A stretch of 62,364 nucleotides of DNA, the filler included, from Basidioascus undulatus (taxonomy: Eukaryota): assembly GCA_000826855.1 (NCBI GenBank). It is 17 parts of 17 records of this genome, joined end to end, with 100 filler letters (N's around TTAATTAATTAA, not from the genome) between each part and the next. Parts side by side here need not be neighbours in the genome. Positions count along the whole stretch, not along the records: positions 1 to 2,389 come from JTLS01002791.1; positions 2,490 to 4,876 come from JTLS01002792.1; positions 4,977 to 7,359 come from JTLS01002793.1; positions 7,460 to 9,803 come from JTLS01002794.1; positions 9,904 to 12,283 come from JTLS01002795.1; 12 more parts are not named here. One strand, 5' to 3'. The notes below the pieces were generated by a model. That model worked only from the letters and a program-made list of their open reading frames with translations. It was not told where the DNA came from and ran no database searches. Below, in pieces: positions 1-10,762 of this stretch (positions within the stretch are counted from its first letter, which is position 1; each line of letters opens with the position of its first letter). Both the position numbers and the translations under genes were made by a program.

Positions 1-851
1 CTGCTCGCCCCCCACCCTCCGCGCCTTCTCCTTCTCCTTCTCCTTCTCCTTCTCCTTCTCCTTCTCCTTGCGCGCCTTCTCCCGCATCGCCGCCAGCGCC
101 GCCTTGATCCCGGGGCTCGCGCTCGCCGCGGCCGTCGCAGGCGTGCCGGTCTTCTTGGGGCTTGAAGGAGGGAGGGATGCAGGGTCAACGCGCGCGCGGG
201 CGGTGGAGGGCGTGGTGCTCCGCGTGGCTGAGCGCTGCGAGGCGGTCGAGGAGTGTGTGGAGAGGGTGCGGGTGCGCGCGGCGGGGGTCGGCGCGCGCGC
301 GGAGGAGGCCGCTGAGATGGTCCGCGTGCGAGCGGGCGAGGAGGGAACGGGTCTGGGTGTTGTTGGTGTCGGCGTCTTGCGGAGCCGGTCGGAGGAGGGC
401 GGGCGAGAGAGGGTGGAGGGGACGCGCTGGCGGGTTGGGAGGTGGGCGGGGCTGGGAGAGTGACAGGAAGATGAAAAAGTTGGGGACGCGGAAGGCAAGG
501 AGGAGGGTGCGCACCTTGGAGATCCAGATCTCCCGTTCGCAGGGCTACCCCGCAGGTGCTCGATGCTCTTCACCCTCGCAAGGCCGCCTTCCTTCGTGCT
601 GGGGCTGTCCCACCGCCCATGCCCAACCGTCAGTCTCCTCCCATCAATCTAGAGCCATCAAGAAAAGGTAGACAGCAGATGCACCTCCCCGGCCTCAACG
701 ACTCCGAGCTCTTCACGCGCGCGAGCCCGCGGGAGGGCGACGGTGGGGCGAGGAACGAGGCGAGGCTCGAGTTTGATTTCTGCCTTTCGAGGGTGCGCGA
801 GGGGGACGCGCCCGGCGTGAGGGGCGCGCGGATGCGTGGCGGGGGGTCCAT
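1..851 (-). CDS. Hypothetical protein, 5' part (disordered Ser/Pro/Arg-rich N-terminus with a KE repeat), runs off the contig
   Basis: ATG at 851 (MDPPPRIRAPLTPGASP...). Two GT-AG introns splice to ...PPSSPKKTGTPATAAASASPGIKAALAAMREKARKEKEKEKEKE. No family motif recognised. Confidence 0.6.
24..69. repeat. (CCTTCT)n hexanucleotide microsatellite encoding a KE repeat on the minus strand
   Basis: Seven full copies plus a partial copy, read directly. Confidence 0.9.
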
Positions 852-1573
852 GGGCCGGGAAAGTGGTGGATTAGGGATAGAGTGTAGGACGAGGAGATGG
901 GTATCCTGCTTGGTTCTGAGAAGGTAGACGCAAAGACCGTCAGCCAGAGGCTAGCCTTCACGCCGGTAGATGGACACTCACTCAACCGCTCCGGTCACTG
1001 TTAATTAATCGCAAATGTACAAGTCCAATCGAACGAATCTGCGGGTGCCTCAGCCGACAAACGGCATTCGAGGGATGATGGGTTTGGTCGAGGATTAGTT
1101 GGGGATGGAGCGAGTGGGTGAAGTGGGAAAGGCAAAGAAAGCAAGGGAAAGCAAGGGAAGCGGAGCAAGAAGGCAAAGGCAGACGCGCTCGAGACGCTCG
1201 GGCGCACGACGCGCTGCGAGGCGGCCTCGTTTCGGCCAATTTCGGCGAGGTTTTCTTTTTTTTACTTTCAATGTGCATGAAAGTATTTAAGCAATCAATT
1301 TTGGAGTACTGATCATTGTAGGCTGTTCGTTATACGATGTCCCCAAAGGGGCGTCGTTGTTTCGGTTTCTTTGCCTCCCGGGGAGTTACCGGACAGTCCG
1401 TGGATTCCGTGGACTCACCGTTGAAACCTCTCGGATTGCCTCGGACAAAAAAGCGGTTCCCGGCTCGCAATAACCGGTCCCGCCCACGCCGCCTTCCTTA
1501 CGGCATCCATCCATCTCATTTGCTCTGCTCCTCTCCAAACGCCAGCCCAAATCCACAGAACCAACCAAGCCCA

Positions 1574-2389
1574 ATGCCCGTTCCCACCTCCCCACCCACC
1601 AGCTCTCCTACCCCATCCGAAACACCCCTCAAACCCATCTCCGCCGCACCACCCTCCCCCTCCTCCTCCCCCGATCTCTCCGAGTCCACCGACCTGATCC
1701 AATCCACCAACGACCTTCTATCCGGCTCAGCAATCTCCTCCATCCCCCCCACCCACCTTCGCAACCTCCGCACTGCTCTCTCCACCTCCACGCGTCTCCT
1801 CCTCTCGCACTCTCCCTCCGTCGCACTCTCCCACCTCTCCCCGGCGCTCTCCTCGCTCACCCCTCCCTCACCCACTTCCCCCGAATCTTCCTCCCTCGCT
1901 GCCCTCCGCGCGCGCCTCGTCGCCCTCCAAACTACCGCGCTCTTCTCCCTCGCCTCCCCTTCCCCCACCCATATCCTCCAGTCCATCCACGCTCAGTACC
2001 CGGAGAACATCCCGGCAAGGGTAGTACTTCCGTTCTTGCTGGGTTGTTTGAAGGTGGGGGACAGCGAGAAGGCACGGGAGGTCGCGGAGGAGTGGTTTGC
2101 GGATGATACTGGTGGGGAAGAGGATGGGGAGGGGAGGGAGAAGGTCAGGGAGGTTTATGTGCTTCATGTGTTGCCCAGGTTGGGCGAGTGGGGTGTTGCG
2201 AGGGATTGGGTGGAGTTTGCGGGGCTGGAGGGGGGGAAGAAGGAGGTGTGTTTCATCTACTCTTGTCTTCAATCTTCATCTACCGTACTAACCCACCCCC
2301 CTCCCCCCCAACAGGCTTATCTCGCCTCCCTCACCGCCTCCGAAGCCGCTGCGATGCGACCCCCTTCCCCTCCTTTCCCCTCCCAGCCC
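1574..2389 (+). CDS. PEX26: Peroxin 26-like protein, 5' partial
   Basis: REVYVLHVLPRLGEWGVARDWV resembles the fungal Pex26 motif (ELYxLHVLPRxxEWxYARxF). Intron begins near 2246; gene truncated by the contig end. Confidence 0.65.
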
Positions 2390-2489
2390 NNNNNNNNNNN
2401 NNNNNNNNNNNNNNNNNNNNNNNNNNNNNNNNNTTAATTAATTAANNNNNNNNNNNNNNNNNNNNNNNNNNNNNNNNNNNNNNNNNNNN
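2390..2489. other. Artificial contig-joining linker N44-TTAATTAATTAA-N44 (first of 16)
   Basis: Identical 100-nt spacers with six-frame stops at 2390, 4877, 7360, 9804, 12284, 14764, 17241, 19714, 42712, 45176, 47639, 50102, 52563, 55016, 57469 and 59918. Sequences on either side are not genomic neighbours. Confidence 0.99.
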
Positions 2490-2553
2490 GATACTCTACC
2501 ATTGAGCCAGCCGGCCATGACCGACGCAGGGATCGAACCTGCAACCCCCTGAT
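2490..2553 (-). tRNA. Candidate circularly permuted tRNA-Trp gene (3' half 2553-2518, 1-nt spacer 2517, 5' half 2516-2490 cut by the contig end)
   Basis: Minus strand reads ATCAGG-GGGTT-GCAGG-TTCGATC-CCTGC-GTCGGTC-A, then T, then GGCCGGC-TG-GCTC-AATGGTA-GAGT-A-TC. The acceptor strands GGCCGGC/GTCGGTC pair at all 7 positions (two G-U). The D arm and GGTTGCAGGTTC resemble fungal tRNA-Trp and the discriminator is A. The anticodon itself is not in the window. Confidence 0.75.
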
Positions 2554-3052
2554 CTCGACTGCCACTTGCTTATTCCTATGGTGCTAATTGTTCTGCTTTT
2601 ATTCTTTTCTTGCCGCCCTGCTCTCACCAGCGGGTCGATCTTGGTCCTCTGCCCCTGCCATACGATGATTCATAATCGACGATACAGAGCACCAGTCAAA
2701 GGTCTTCCAACTTGGAGCACCGAGAACCTGGCTACGTTCAGTCCCTGGCAATGTCCCCACTGTTGAGCCGTCAGGCTGTCCGGCACAACGTCCTCCAACC
2801 TCAAGCAGACTTTGCTGCCGTCCCGCATGCAAGGCGCACACATGCCAGACACAAGCCAGCGAACAAAAAATGGAATATCATAAGAGTATATAATCGCACA
2901 TGTCATCAAACAAAGCTTCGGAGACCTCTCGTCACCCTCCTTCGTCCACCATACAAAGCACACGAACGCAAACCCTCGAACCGAAGAAAAGCGGAGACAG
3001 AAGGGCGAATGGAAGCGCAGGGAGAAAAGCGAGAAAGCAGCGGCGCTTGGCG

Positions 3053-4876
3053 CTAAGTGCTGATCCCCAGCCCGGCAGCGTACGACCCGTCCTCGTGCCG
3101 GAGCTGGGGCGCGCCGTTTAGCGCCGGCATCTGCTGCGGGGGCGGGGCGTGGTGGTGGTGTGGTGGTGGGGCGGCATGGTGTGATTGTGGGGGTGCGGAA
3201 GAGGAGGTGGAGGAGGCTGTGGGCGCGGGGGTCGATTCCCAATGCATTGGCTGGCCCTCCGCTTCGAGATTCTGTGGATCCCACGGGAGTCAGTAAAAGG
3301 AACAAAGGAAGAAGGCTGGATGGTGCAGAGGGAAGCAACGCACCTCCAGCAGCATATCAAGCACCTGGTCCACATCCCCCGGCGCAAGGCCCGCAGCATT
3401 CGCGATAAGCCTGCGGTAGTCCTGCATCCTCCTCCCAGTACCCTGCTCCCTCTGGAGCCTGACAAGCTCCCCAAACGCGGCCCTCCTGCGCTCGCGCATC
3501 TCCGCCAGTCGCTCCCGGAGCGTCTCGGCCGCCTGCGCGCGCGTCTCGGGCGCGGCGGGCGGGCAGAGGAGCGCGAGGAGGTCGGAGTTGTCCTGCGGAG
3601 AGGAGGATTGGGCGTCGGACGAAGAGAAGGCAGTGGGGTTCTTGAACCGTTTCTCGCGCTCGTCCTCGTCGTGCGCGTACTTCTCCCAACCGGCTCGGTA
3701 GCGGCGTGTCATCTTGTCCTCGAGCTGGCGTTCCAGTCCAGCAAGCGCAGCCTTCGCGTCGTTGAGCCCCTCGGCGCGGTCCTTGAGCGCCTGGATGTGC
3801 TTGCGGGACTCGAGGATGTCCGTCTGGATGTTCCTGAGCAGGCTGTGCGCCTGCGCCAGGTCGCGCTCCTTGCCCTGTAGCTCGGCGTCGAAGCTCGCCG
3901 CCAGCGAGTCCATCAGGCCGGCCATGTCGCCCATGCAGCGCCCCGCCGCGCGCTGGGCCGTCTCGGACGCGTATAGGTTCGCGGGCGGGGCGTAGACGGA
4001 CGTGTCGGGCGGGTGGAGGCGGAGGTGCTGGCTGTGGAGTACGGGGGAGGACCGGAAACGCTCGTCCTCGAGGATGTAGTCCTCTGCAGTCTTGCCGTCC
4101 TTGTTCGCGATCTTCGGGTCCGCGCCGTGGTCGAGCAGGAGCTTGACGAGGCGCTTCGAGCGCGCACGCGCGGCGAGCGTCAAAGCAGTCTCTCCCTCCT
4201 CGTCCTGGAAGTTGATCACGTCCGCGAGCTCGTCCGGGTACTGCACGAGCTTGGCGAGAATCGTCTCCATGTAGTAACGCGCCGCGTGCGTCTTGCCCTT
4301 CGTTAGCGCGAGGTCGACGACGTGATGGAAGACGGTGCGGTCTTGCCGGTCGAGGTTGAGCGTCGACCGGTGCAGGAGCTCGTACAGCTCTGGGAACTTG
4401 CGGATGTCGTAGTTGTTGGAGAACATGACCGCGCGCATGAGCGCCGTCTGCTCCGCGCCATTCACGCGGTAGATGTCCGCCCCCGCGGAGAGGAGCAGCT
4501 TGACGACGCGCACGCGGCCCATCGCGCACGCCCAGTGCAGCGCCGTGTGCCCCTCGTCGTCGATCGACATGTTCGGGTCAAAGTCGGCGGGTGGGTTCAC
4601 GAGCAGGTCGGGCACCTGCGTCGACTCGGAGATGAAGTAGTCGAGGATGATGTCCTCGTAGCTCGGCCCCTCGCTCGACGCAGGCAGGACGGGCCCGCCC
4701 GCGCCGCGCAATGACGGCGCAGGCCGGTACGCATTAAGATGGTACCCGTTCGGCTCGGCCTTGCGCTTGCGCAATGGTGTGCCCGGCGCGCCCTCGGTAT
4801 CGCTGTCGCCCGCCTCGCTCGCGCTCGCAATGGGCGAGGGCGTGCGCGATGCGGACGACTGTACCGACGGCGAGGG
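3053..4876 (-). CDS. Mbp1/Swi4/Res1/Cdc10-family cell-cycle transcription factor, 3' partial (ankyrin repeats and coiled coil)
   Basis: IDDEGHTALHWACAMG, QTALMRAVMFSNNYD, AARYYMETIL and QDEEGETALTLAARARSKRLVKLLL are typical of the family. The last intron (~3343-3272) leads to NLEAEGQPMHW...GIST-stop. Confidence 0.9.
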
Positions 4877-5148
4877 NNNNNNNNNNNNNNNNNNNNNNNN
4901 NNNNNNNNNNNNNNNNNNNNTTAATTAATTAANNNNNNNNNNNNNNNNNNNNNNNNNNNNNNNNNNNNNNNNNNNNCCTGGAGCGTGACAGTCCAACAAG
5001 TCCGACAGAGTACGAAAGACAAAGCGGGAGAAACATCGAAAAGCCCTGAAGTTGCGTGAAAGTAAACGAAAGAGTAGTGAGAAGAAACAAAAGATGTGCG
5101 GTGGGAAAAGGAGAACGTCCCCTATCAATCAACGCAGTCCGCCCGCCT

Positions 5149-7359
5149 CTATGCGCCCGCCGTAGTCGCCGCGACAGACGGACCGCGCTCGACGCTGACG
5201 CTCGCGTGCCTCGGCCTGCTCATGCTCGCGAGCCTGCTCTCCCACGGCACCATGATCCTCCCTCTCCCCCTCTCCGTCTCTATCCCAGGCATGTCCAGGG
5301 CTCTCGACCCCCGCCGCTGCGGCTCAGAGCCGGGCGCCCTCGAGCGACTGCGGCTGTTGCTGACCGCGCGCTCGGAGATGCGGACGGCCTCGTCGTAGCT
5401 GGGCGGGACCTCGCCGGACGGGCCAAGCGCACCCTCGGTGAGGAGTGCGTAGTGGATGTTGCGGTCGAGCGGGGAGTCTTCGATCGCCGTCCCGTCCGGC
5501 ATGGCGGACGCGGCGGCGAAGTACGCCGCCGAGGGCGTGGGCGTCGCGAGCGGCGGGGTCGTCGCTGAGTTCGAGCTGGATGTGGAGTTGAAGGAGGAGG
5601 AGGTAGGCATGCGGATAAACGACGGGGAGGAGAGGCGCGGCCCGCGCGAGATTAAGGAACCCAGCGCGGATTGGCCGTCGGCGGGCCGGCCGGAGGGGGT
5701 CGTGGGAGGTGGGGAAGGTGCGAAAGAGTAGGTAGGGAGGGAGGTCCAGTTCGTTATGCAGTATTCCTGCGAGAAAGCGAGGATGGTGAGCGTGCGTGGT
5801 GCAGATAACGCATGCTTAAATGGCAAACCGAAAGAATGTTGATGGGCGTGCTGTGAATCGGATGCATGTCGTCAGCGTCCGGCCCATTTCCCGCAGAAAG
5901 AAGTATATACGCACTCCACAATAATATCAAACAGACGTCGCTTGCCCTTCGTGTCGAGCGCCTCGTCGTCGCCCCTCTCCACGCGCATGATGATCTTCAA
6001 CCAATGCGCAACGACGACCTCGCTCTTGGCATGCTTCACGCTGAACTGGAGCTTGCTGCCCTGGCTGTTAGGAAGCTGTAGCTCGCCCTGGAGCTCCCAC
6101 GGCCCGGTGGGGTTGAGGAGCGCAGCCGCGACGTCGGAAAGCTCGCGGTCCGCGGACGGCGTCACGACGTACTTGGCCAGCGGCGACGCAAGCGCGACGT
6201 CCGCGCTATCGGACAGGAGCGGGAGGAGCGGAGTCGAGTTGGTCGGCTCGGTCGAGGACGTGGGGGGCTTGTAGGACACTTTGAGGAGAAGGTAAACGCG
6301 CGTCGCTTCGTGTCGCGCGACTTTGCGTTCGTGCGCGAAGTAGTCGACTTTCTCTGCACGCGGATAAAAACACGAAGAATGATAAGGGTGTTTTCGCTTA
6401 TTGGCTGTTGATCATGGGAAGAAGAAGACGCACCTTCTAACACAGCGGATAATCGATGTAACTTGCATTTCGACAGCGGCATGAGCGTCAGGCTGAACGG
6501 AATCTGCCCACCAACGGGGAAGCTCTTCCCGCTCAGCGCAATGAGGTATCTGCGGCACCGCATTCCCATTCGTCCAAATCAGCCCCAACCCACCTCAGCG
6601 CCCCCATAGAGGAAAGGACGAACCGCAGCTGCTCCTCCCACTGCCGCTCCACGATCACGTTCTCGCTCTCCTCCATATCGTCCTCGCCGGGGCACGAGAT
6701 CAAGATCGCCTCGGTCTCGGCCGTAAGGTTGGGAGTGAGCGTCCCCGCGCGGTAGACCGTCGCGCGGATGATGTACTTCACGGAGCCGAAATCGCAGTGG
6801 AGGGTGGGCGGCGAGTTGGAGGGTATGGAGAAGTGAAGGGGGTAGGTGTATGTGCCTGTGACAGACACAAAGCGAGTAAGCACCAACCGCTGCACTACAG
6901 CAAACTCCAGAGGCACCCTTCCGGAACTCCCGCCACACCGTCTTCCTCGTCATGCCCTCCTCGCGTCTCTCGGGCAGGCCATCAGGTGCGCCCGACGTGA
7001 GTGCTTTCCTGCCCGTATGCCTCCCGCGACTCTGGCCCCTCTCCCCTCCGACGCTCTCGTCCCTCAGCCGCACAGGGGGCGGGTCCCGGCTTCGGCTGCC
7101 CGCCCCGCCGCGCCCAAACGAGCTGTGGTCCCTCGCGCGCCCGCGTGACTCCTCTGGCGCAGTGGACTGTGAGCGCCCGCGGGCGATGCGGTCCACTACG
7201 TCTGTAGAGGCGGCACGGAGCGCGGAGGACACGGCGGAGAGGGAGAAGCGGGAGGCGCGCACGGGCTCTTTGACTGAGCGGCGGTGCGGGGAGGGGCGGC
7301 GGGCTGCGGCGGGCAGTGCGGAGGGGAGGGGAGGAGGAGGAGGGATAGGGGATGGGGAG
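5149..7359 (-). CDS. Alpha-arrestin / arrestin-related trafficking adaptor (Aly1/CreD-like), 3' partial
   Basis: Arrestin-fold motifs EFRKGTYTYPLHFSIP...PPTLHCDFGSVKY and VERQWEEQLRYLI, plus HWLKIIMRVERG and a C-terminal PPSYDEAV (PPxY). Several GT-AG introns. Confidence 0.85.
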
Positions 7360-7459
7360 NNNNNNNNNNNNNNNNNNNNNNNNNNNNNNNNNNNNNNNNN
7401 NNNTTAATTAATTAANNNNNNNNNNNNNNNNNNNNNNNNNNNNNNNNNNNNNNNNNNNN

Positions 7460-7732
7460 TCCCACCCCTCACCCTCCTCCTCCTCCTCCGCCGCCGCGGC
7501 ACCGCCCTTCATCAAAATCAAGATCTTCCACAAGCCGACGGGCGACCTCATTGCGATCCGCGTCGCCCCGCGCGTCACCTACGCCGGGTTGCTCGAAAAG
7601 ATCCGCGATCGCTTCGGCGCGGACGTGAGCCGCATCTGGGCGGCGGGCGCGGGCGGGGAGGAGATTGGCGGGGATGAGGAGCTGGAACGGTGGTTGGGAA
7701 GGGCGGAGAAGTTGGCGCTTTCGGCTGCGTGA
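7460..7732 (+). CDS. BEM1: Bem1/Scd2 polarity scaffold, C-terminal PB1 domain
   Basis: FIKIKIFHKPTGDLIAIRVAPRVTYAGLLEKIRDRFG...LERWLGRAEKLAL then TGA matches the basidiomycete Bem1 PB1 pattern. Confidence 0.75.
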   Translation, partial: SHPSPSSSSSAAAAPPFIKIKIFHKPTGDLIAIRVAPRVTYAGLLEKIRDRFGADVSRIWAAGAGGEEIGGDEELERWLGRAEKLALSAA

Positions 7733-8379
7733 GTGGGAGTGCCGGGTGGGGATGACGGTTCTTGTTCTTTTTTGTTTTCCTTTTATGTTTGGCTCCTTCC
7801 TCTGCTTGTTTGAGTTGACGATATCCTACTACTCTATTGGGCTTGCGCGGCGTCTTGACTTTCATTTCAACCTTTCATATTCCACTCTCCCAAGTTCTTA
7901 CCCACATTTCTGATCTTCGCTTACCACGCATCATTTCATATCCTTCATCTTTACCCTACCCTTCTTTCTCTCGTCGCGTGGAACCACTTTTCTTTTTCAA
8001 CCGCATTTCTTTACCTTTTTTTTTTGCGCCATCTTGTTTTCGTATGTGATCGTGCGTTCGCTTAGTCCTTGTTTCTACTGTGCTTGTACGAGATTGAGAG
8101 GTAATTGAAATCGTGATTCTGAGATTTGATCTTCGGTAAATCCAAGATTCTTTGGATAACAATGTCACTTGAAGTTCTTGAACATGTCCAGGGAAGGTGG
8201 CAATCCAGCGTGTAGTGCGCGCCATCCCTGCTCTTCTCCATTCGAACGCACTCGCGGGCCACTCGTCGCGCCTCTTTCCCCCCCTCGCCCTTTCGATCCT
8301 CTTCTAATGCTCACCACCATCTAGTCCAATTGCATATTTCCTACCTTCCCCGAGATTATCCATACACGTCATCTCAACG

Positions 8380-8945
8380 CCCGGTGCCTCTGCGCACTAC
8401 CGTTCTTCTTTCTCCCGAGTGCGGCCTCTGCGCACTCCGTTTTATTTTCCTTCGACGGCGGTGCCTCTGCGCACTTGGCTTCTTGGCCTGCTGGATGCAG
8501 TTGAGCACTACAGCTGTTAGTTTTCTGGGATGCCTCGGTGCACTCCGTTCTGCATGTATTTCTTTTACAATGCCTCTGCGCACTAAGTTGGTCGAGCTTC
8601 TCCCTAGTGGCTCTGCGCATCTTTCCAGCCTGGTGCCTTCGTGCACCTTAGCTTCGTTACTATTTTCAGTTGTCTCTTTCGGTGGGCCTCAGCTCACTAG
8701 TCTTCACTCCGAGTGCTGCGACGCACTCCGCCCTGAGGCCCCCCCAGGTACTACCCCGCTGCGAGCGGCCGTCAAGACTTCCGACTATCGCCATTAGCCA
8801 TCCCTGGCCAGGTGGCAAGATTTCCAGAGTTCCCCTCAACGGCACAACGCACGCCTGCTGTTTCAGTTCTCTGCGCACTCGACACTTAACGTTCTGCTGC
8901 TGCTAGCTTCGTCGATCGTTTCTCATCCCCGGTGCCCAGTGCACA
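8380..8945. repeat. Degenerate ~37-nt-period array with palindromic core GTGC-N6-GCAC (consensus RTGCCTCTGCGCACT)
   Basis: Cores at about 8386, 8424, 8463, 8497, 8532, 8572, 8609, 8635, 8686 and 8715, with weaker copies near 8868 and 8932. They are separated by diverged T-rich spacers. Confidence 0.75.
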
Positions 8946-9434
8946 CGATTCTCTTTCTCGGAGCCTTTTCTTCCATCTCCTACAAAGTTTCGTATAATAT
9001 TGTTAAACTACCCTACCTCTTCCCCTCTGAGGATCTTTTCAGCCGCTCGTATACACCGCCCCCAGGTCCCTCGGTGCTGCGAGCGCCCGTCTATGTCATT
9101 TCGGTCGTCCGAGCATGGTCAGTCGCAATCTAAGTCCACATTAATTCCCGCTTCTTGGATTAACTAACCGTCTTGGAATAGAAGTTTGGCAGACTGGTGC
9201 AGTCCAGGTATATCGGCGGACTTCTGCAGCACGAGAAAGCCCCGGCTGCTACACTGCTTTCGCGGAGCATGTTGCATATGGCCAGCTCCGATGTTGGCTC
9301 AAAGTTTAATTGGGAATAACCGGAAAGTTTCAATTTCAGAGTCTCAGAGGAAGCAGCGTTGTCCAGGTCCAGGACTGAGCAATGAGCTCGATAGTCAGAC
9401 GCGCTCCTTCGTCCTCGACCATCACCATGGAAAG

Positions 9435-9803
9435 ATGCCGCCCGGCCCTTCCTCCACCTCATCCTCCTCTTCCTTCCACTCCCCTCCCCACCCCTCCCCG
9501 CCCCGCAAACCGCCCTGGCAGCGTATCCTCTACGCCCCACAGCCCTACCCAGACAACCACGTCCCCCCCTCCTTCGCGCCCTCCATCCGCCCGGCCTCAT
9601 CCACGTCCTTCCCCTTCCGCCCCCCCTCCTCCTCCTCCTCGAATGACTTTCCTCCTCGGCCACGAACCAAGCTGGACCCCGACCCGCTGAACGCGCACCT
9701 CGCGCTCGTCGTTGCGTTCTTAGGCGTGTTTGTCTGGGTGCGTGAGGGATGGTTGGGCGGGCGGGTCGTCGCCGAAGTCCTGATAGAGACATTTTCTTAT
9801 CAG
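9435..9803 (+). CDS. GPI2: GPI-GlcNAc transferase subunit PIG-C/Gpi2, 5' partial
   Basis: PWQRILYAPQPYPDNHVPPSF matches the Gpi2 N-terminal signature (W+K/R.LY..Q.YPDN), followed by a first transmembrane segment. Confidence 0.8.
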
Positions 9804-10762
9804 NNNNNNNNNNNNNNNNNNNNNNNNNNNNNNNNNNNNNNNNNNNNTTAATTAATTAANNNNNNNNNNNNNNNNNNNNNNNNNNNNNNNNNNNNNNNNN
9901 NNNTGGGAGGGCCATGGCCTTTATTCGAGAGCAGTGTTATGGTTCGTACTCCCTCTTTCAGAGAAGCATAACATGCAGCCAGCACTTGGAGCCACAGCGT
10001 GCTTCTGAGAGTGTTTTCCCTGCCTGCAGGGGCGGCGTAGCGTCGACCCGCACAAACCGCGAAGTCACTTCCCACAACGGTCGATCGGGGCCGGATTGCA
10101 GTTCTGAGCCTTCAGGATCCTTCGAATGGATCGGAAGCAGGGGTAAATATTGAAATTGGAAGACTATGCAGGCTTCCTTCTCACGTGTATGCAGGGGGTT
10201 GCCGATAGAGAAGCCGCCTTGTCGAACTGCTGTAAGCTGCAGGGAGCCGCGTTCTGACTATTCGGCTGCTACCGCCTCTGGGCCAGAAGATTTCCATATT
10301 AACTGACTTAACCATTGTCAAGTGACTGTGTGCTGGTGGGGAGCGCTGTGGCACTGCCCTACATCCGTCGTAGCCACGCCGGTCTGATGCGCTTTTCTGC
10401 ACCTAGATTAAGCCGTTTTGCATGGCATTTCGAGTTTGATCAAATATAGCAATTTTCAAGCACACTTCGTGGAACGTCCAGGCGAGAACGCGAACAGTCA
10501 ATGCATGCTTGCGTCGGTGCAATGAGCATTCACGCAGCAGCGAGTGTCGCGCTGCTGCACGTCGGGCACTCGAACAGTCCTCCCGCGGCTACTACGTTAT
10601 GCTTGGAGACCGTGCTCGAGCAGAAACCATGGGTGAATAAGCAAAGGCGGGGAGAAGCGGACGCGACGCGACGCGATGTCCCAAGACACACAGGCGGGGC
10701 AGTGTAGGTGTGCAGATACATGAGCAGCACCGGGCGGTAGCCGAACGCCTCCCCCAAGCCAG

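Noticed and set aside
8380..8945. CRISPR array interpretation of the repeat-spacer pattern
   Set aside because: Cores are only about 15 nt and degenerate, spacing is irregular, there are no cas genes and the context is eukaryotic. Kept as a generic repeat finding.
9780..9803. Short hairpin-like CTGATAGAGA...TCTTATCAG interrupting GPI2 at the contig end
   Set aside because: Only 24 nt at the end of a contig that is shorter than its neighbours; probably an end or trimming artefact.
9904..10760. Short ORFs downstream of the Sec2-domain gene
   Set aside because: No family motifs or convincing splice structure.
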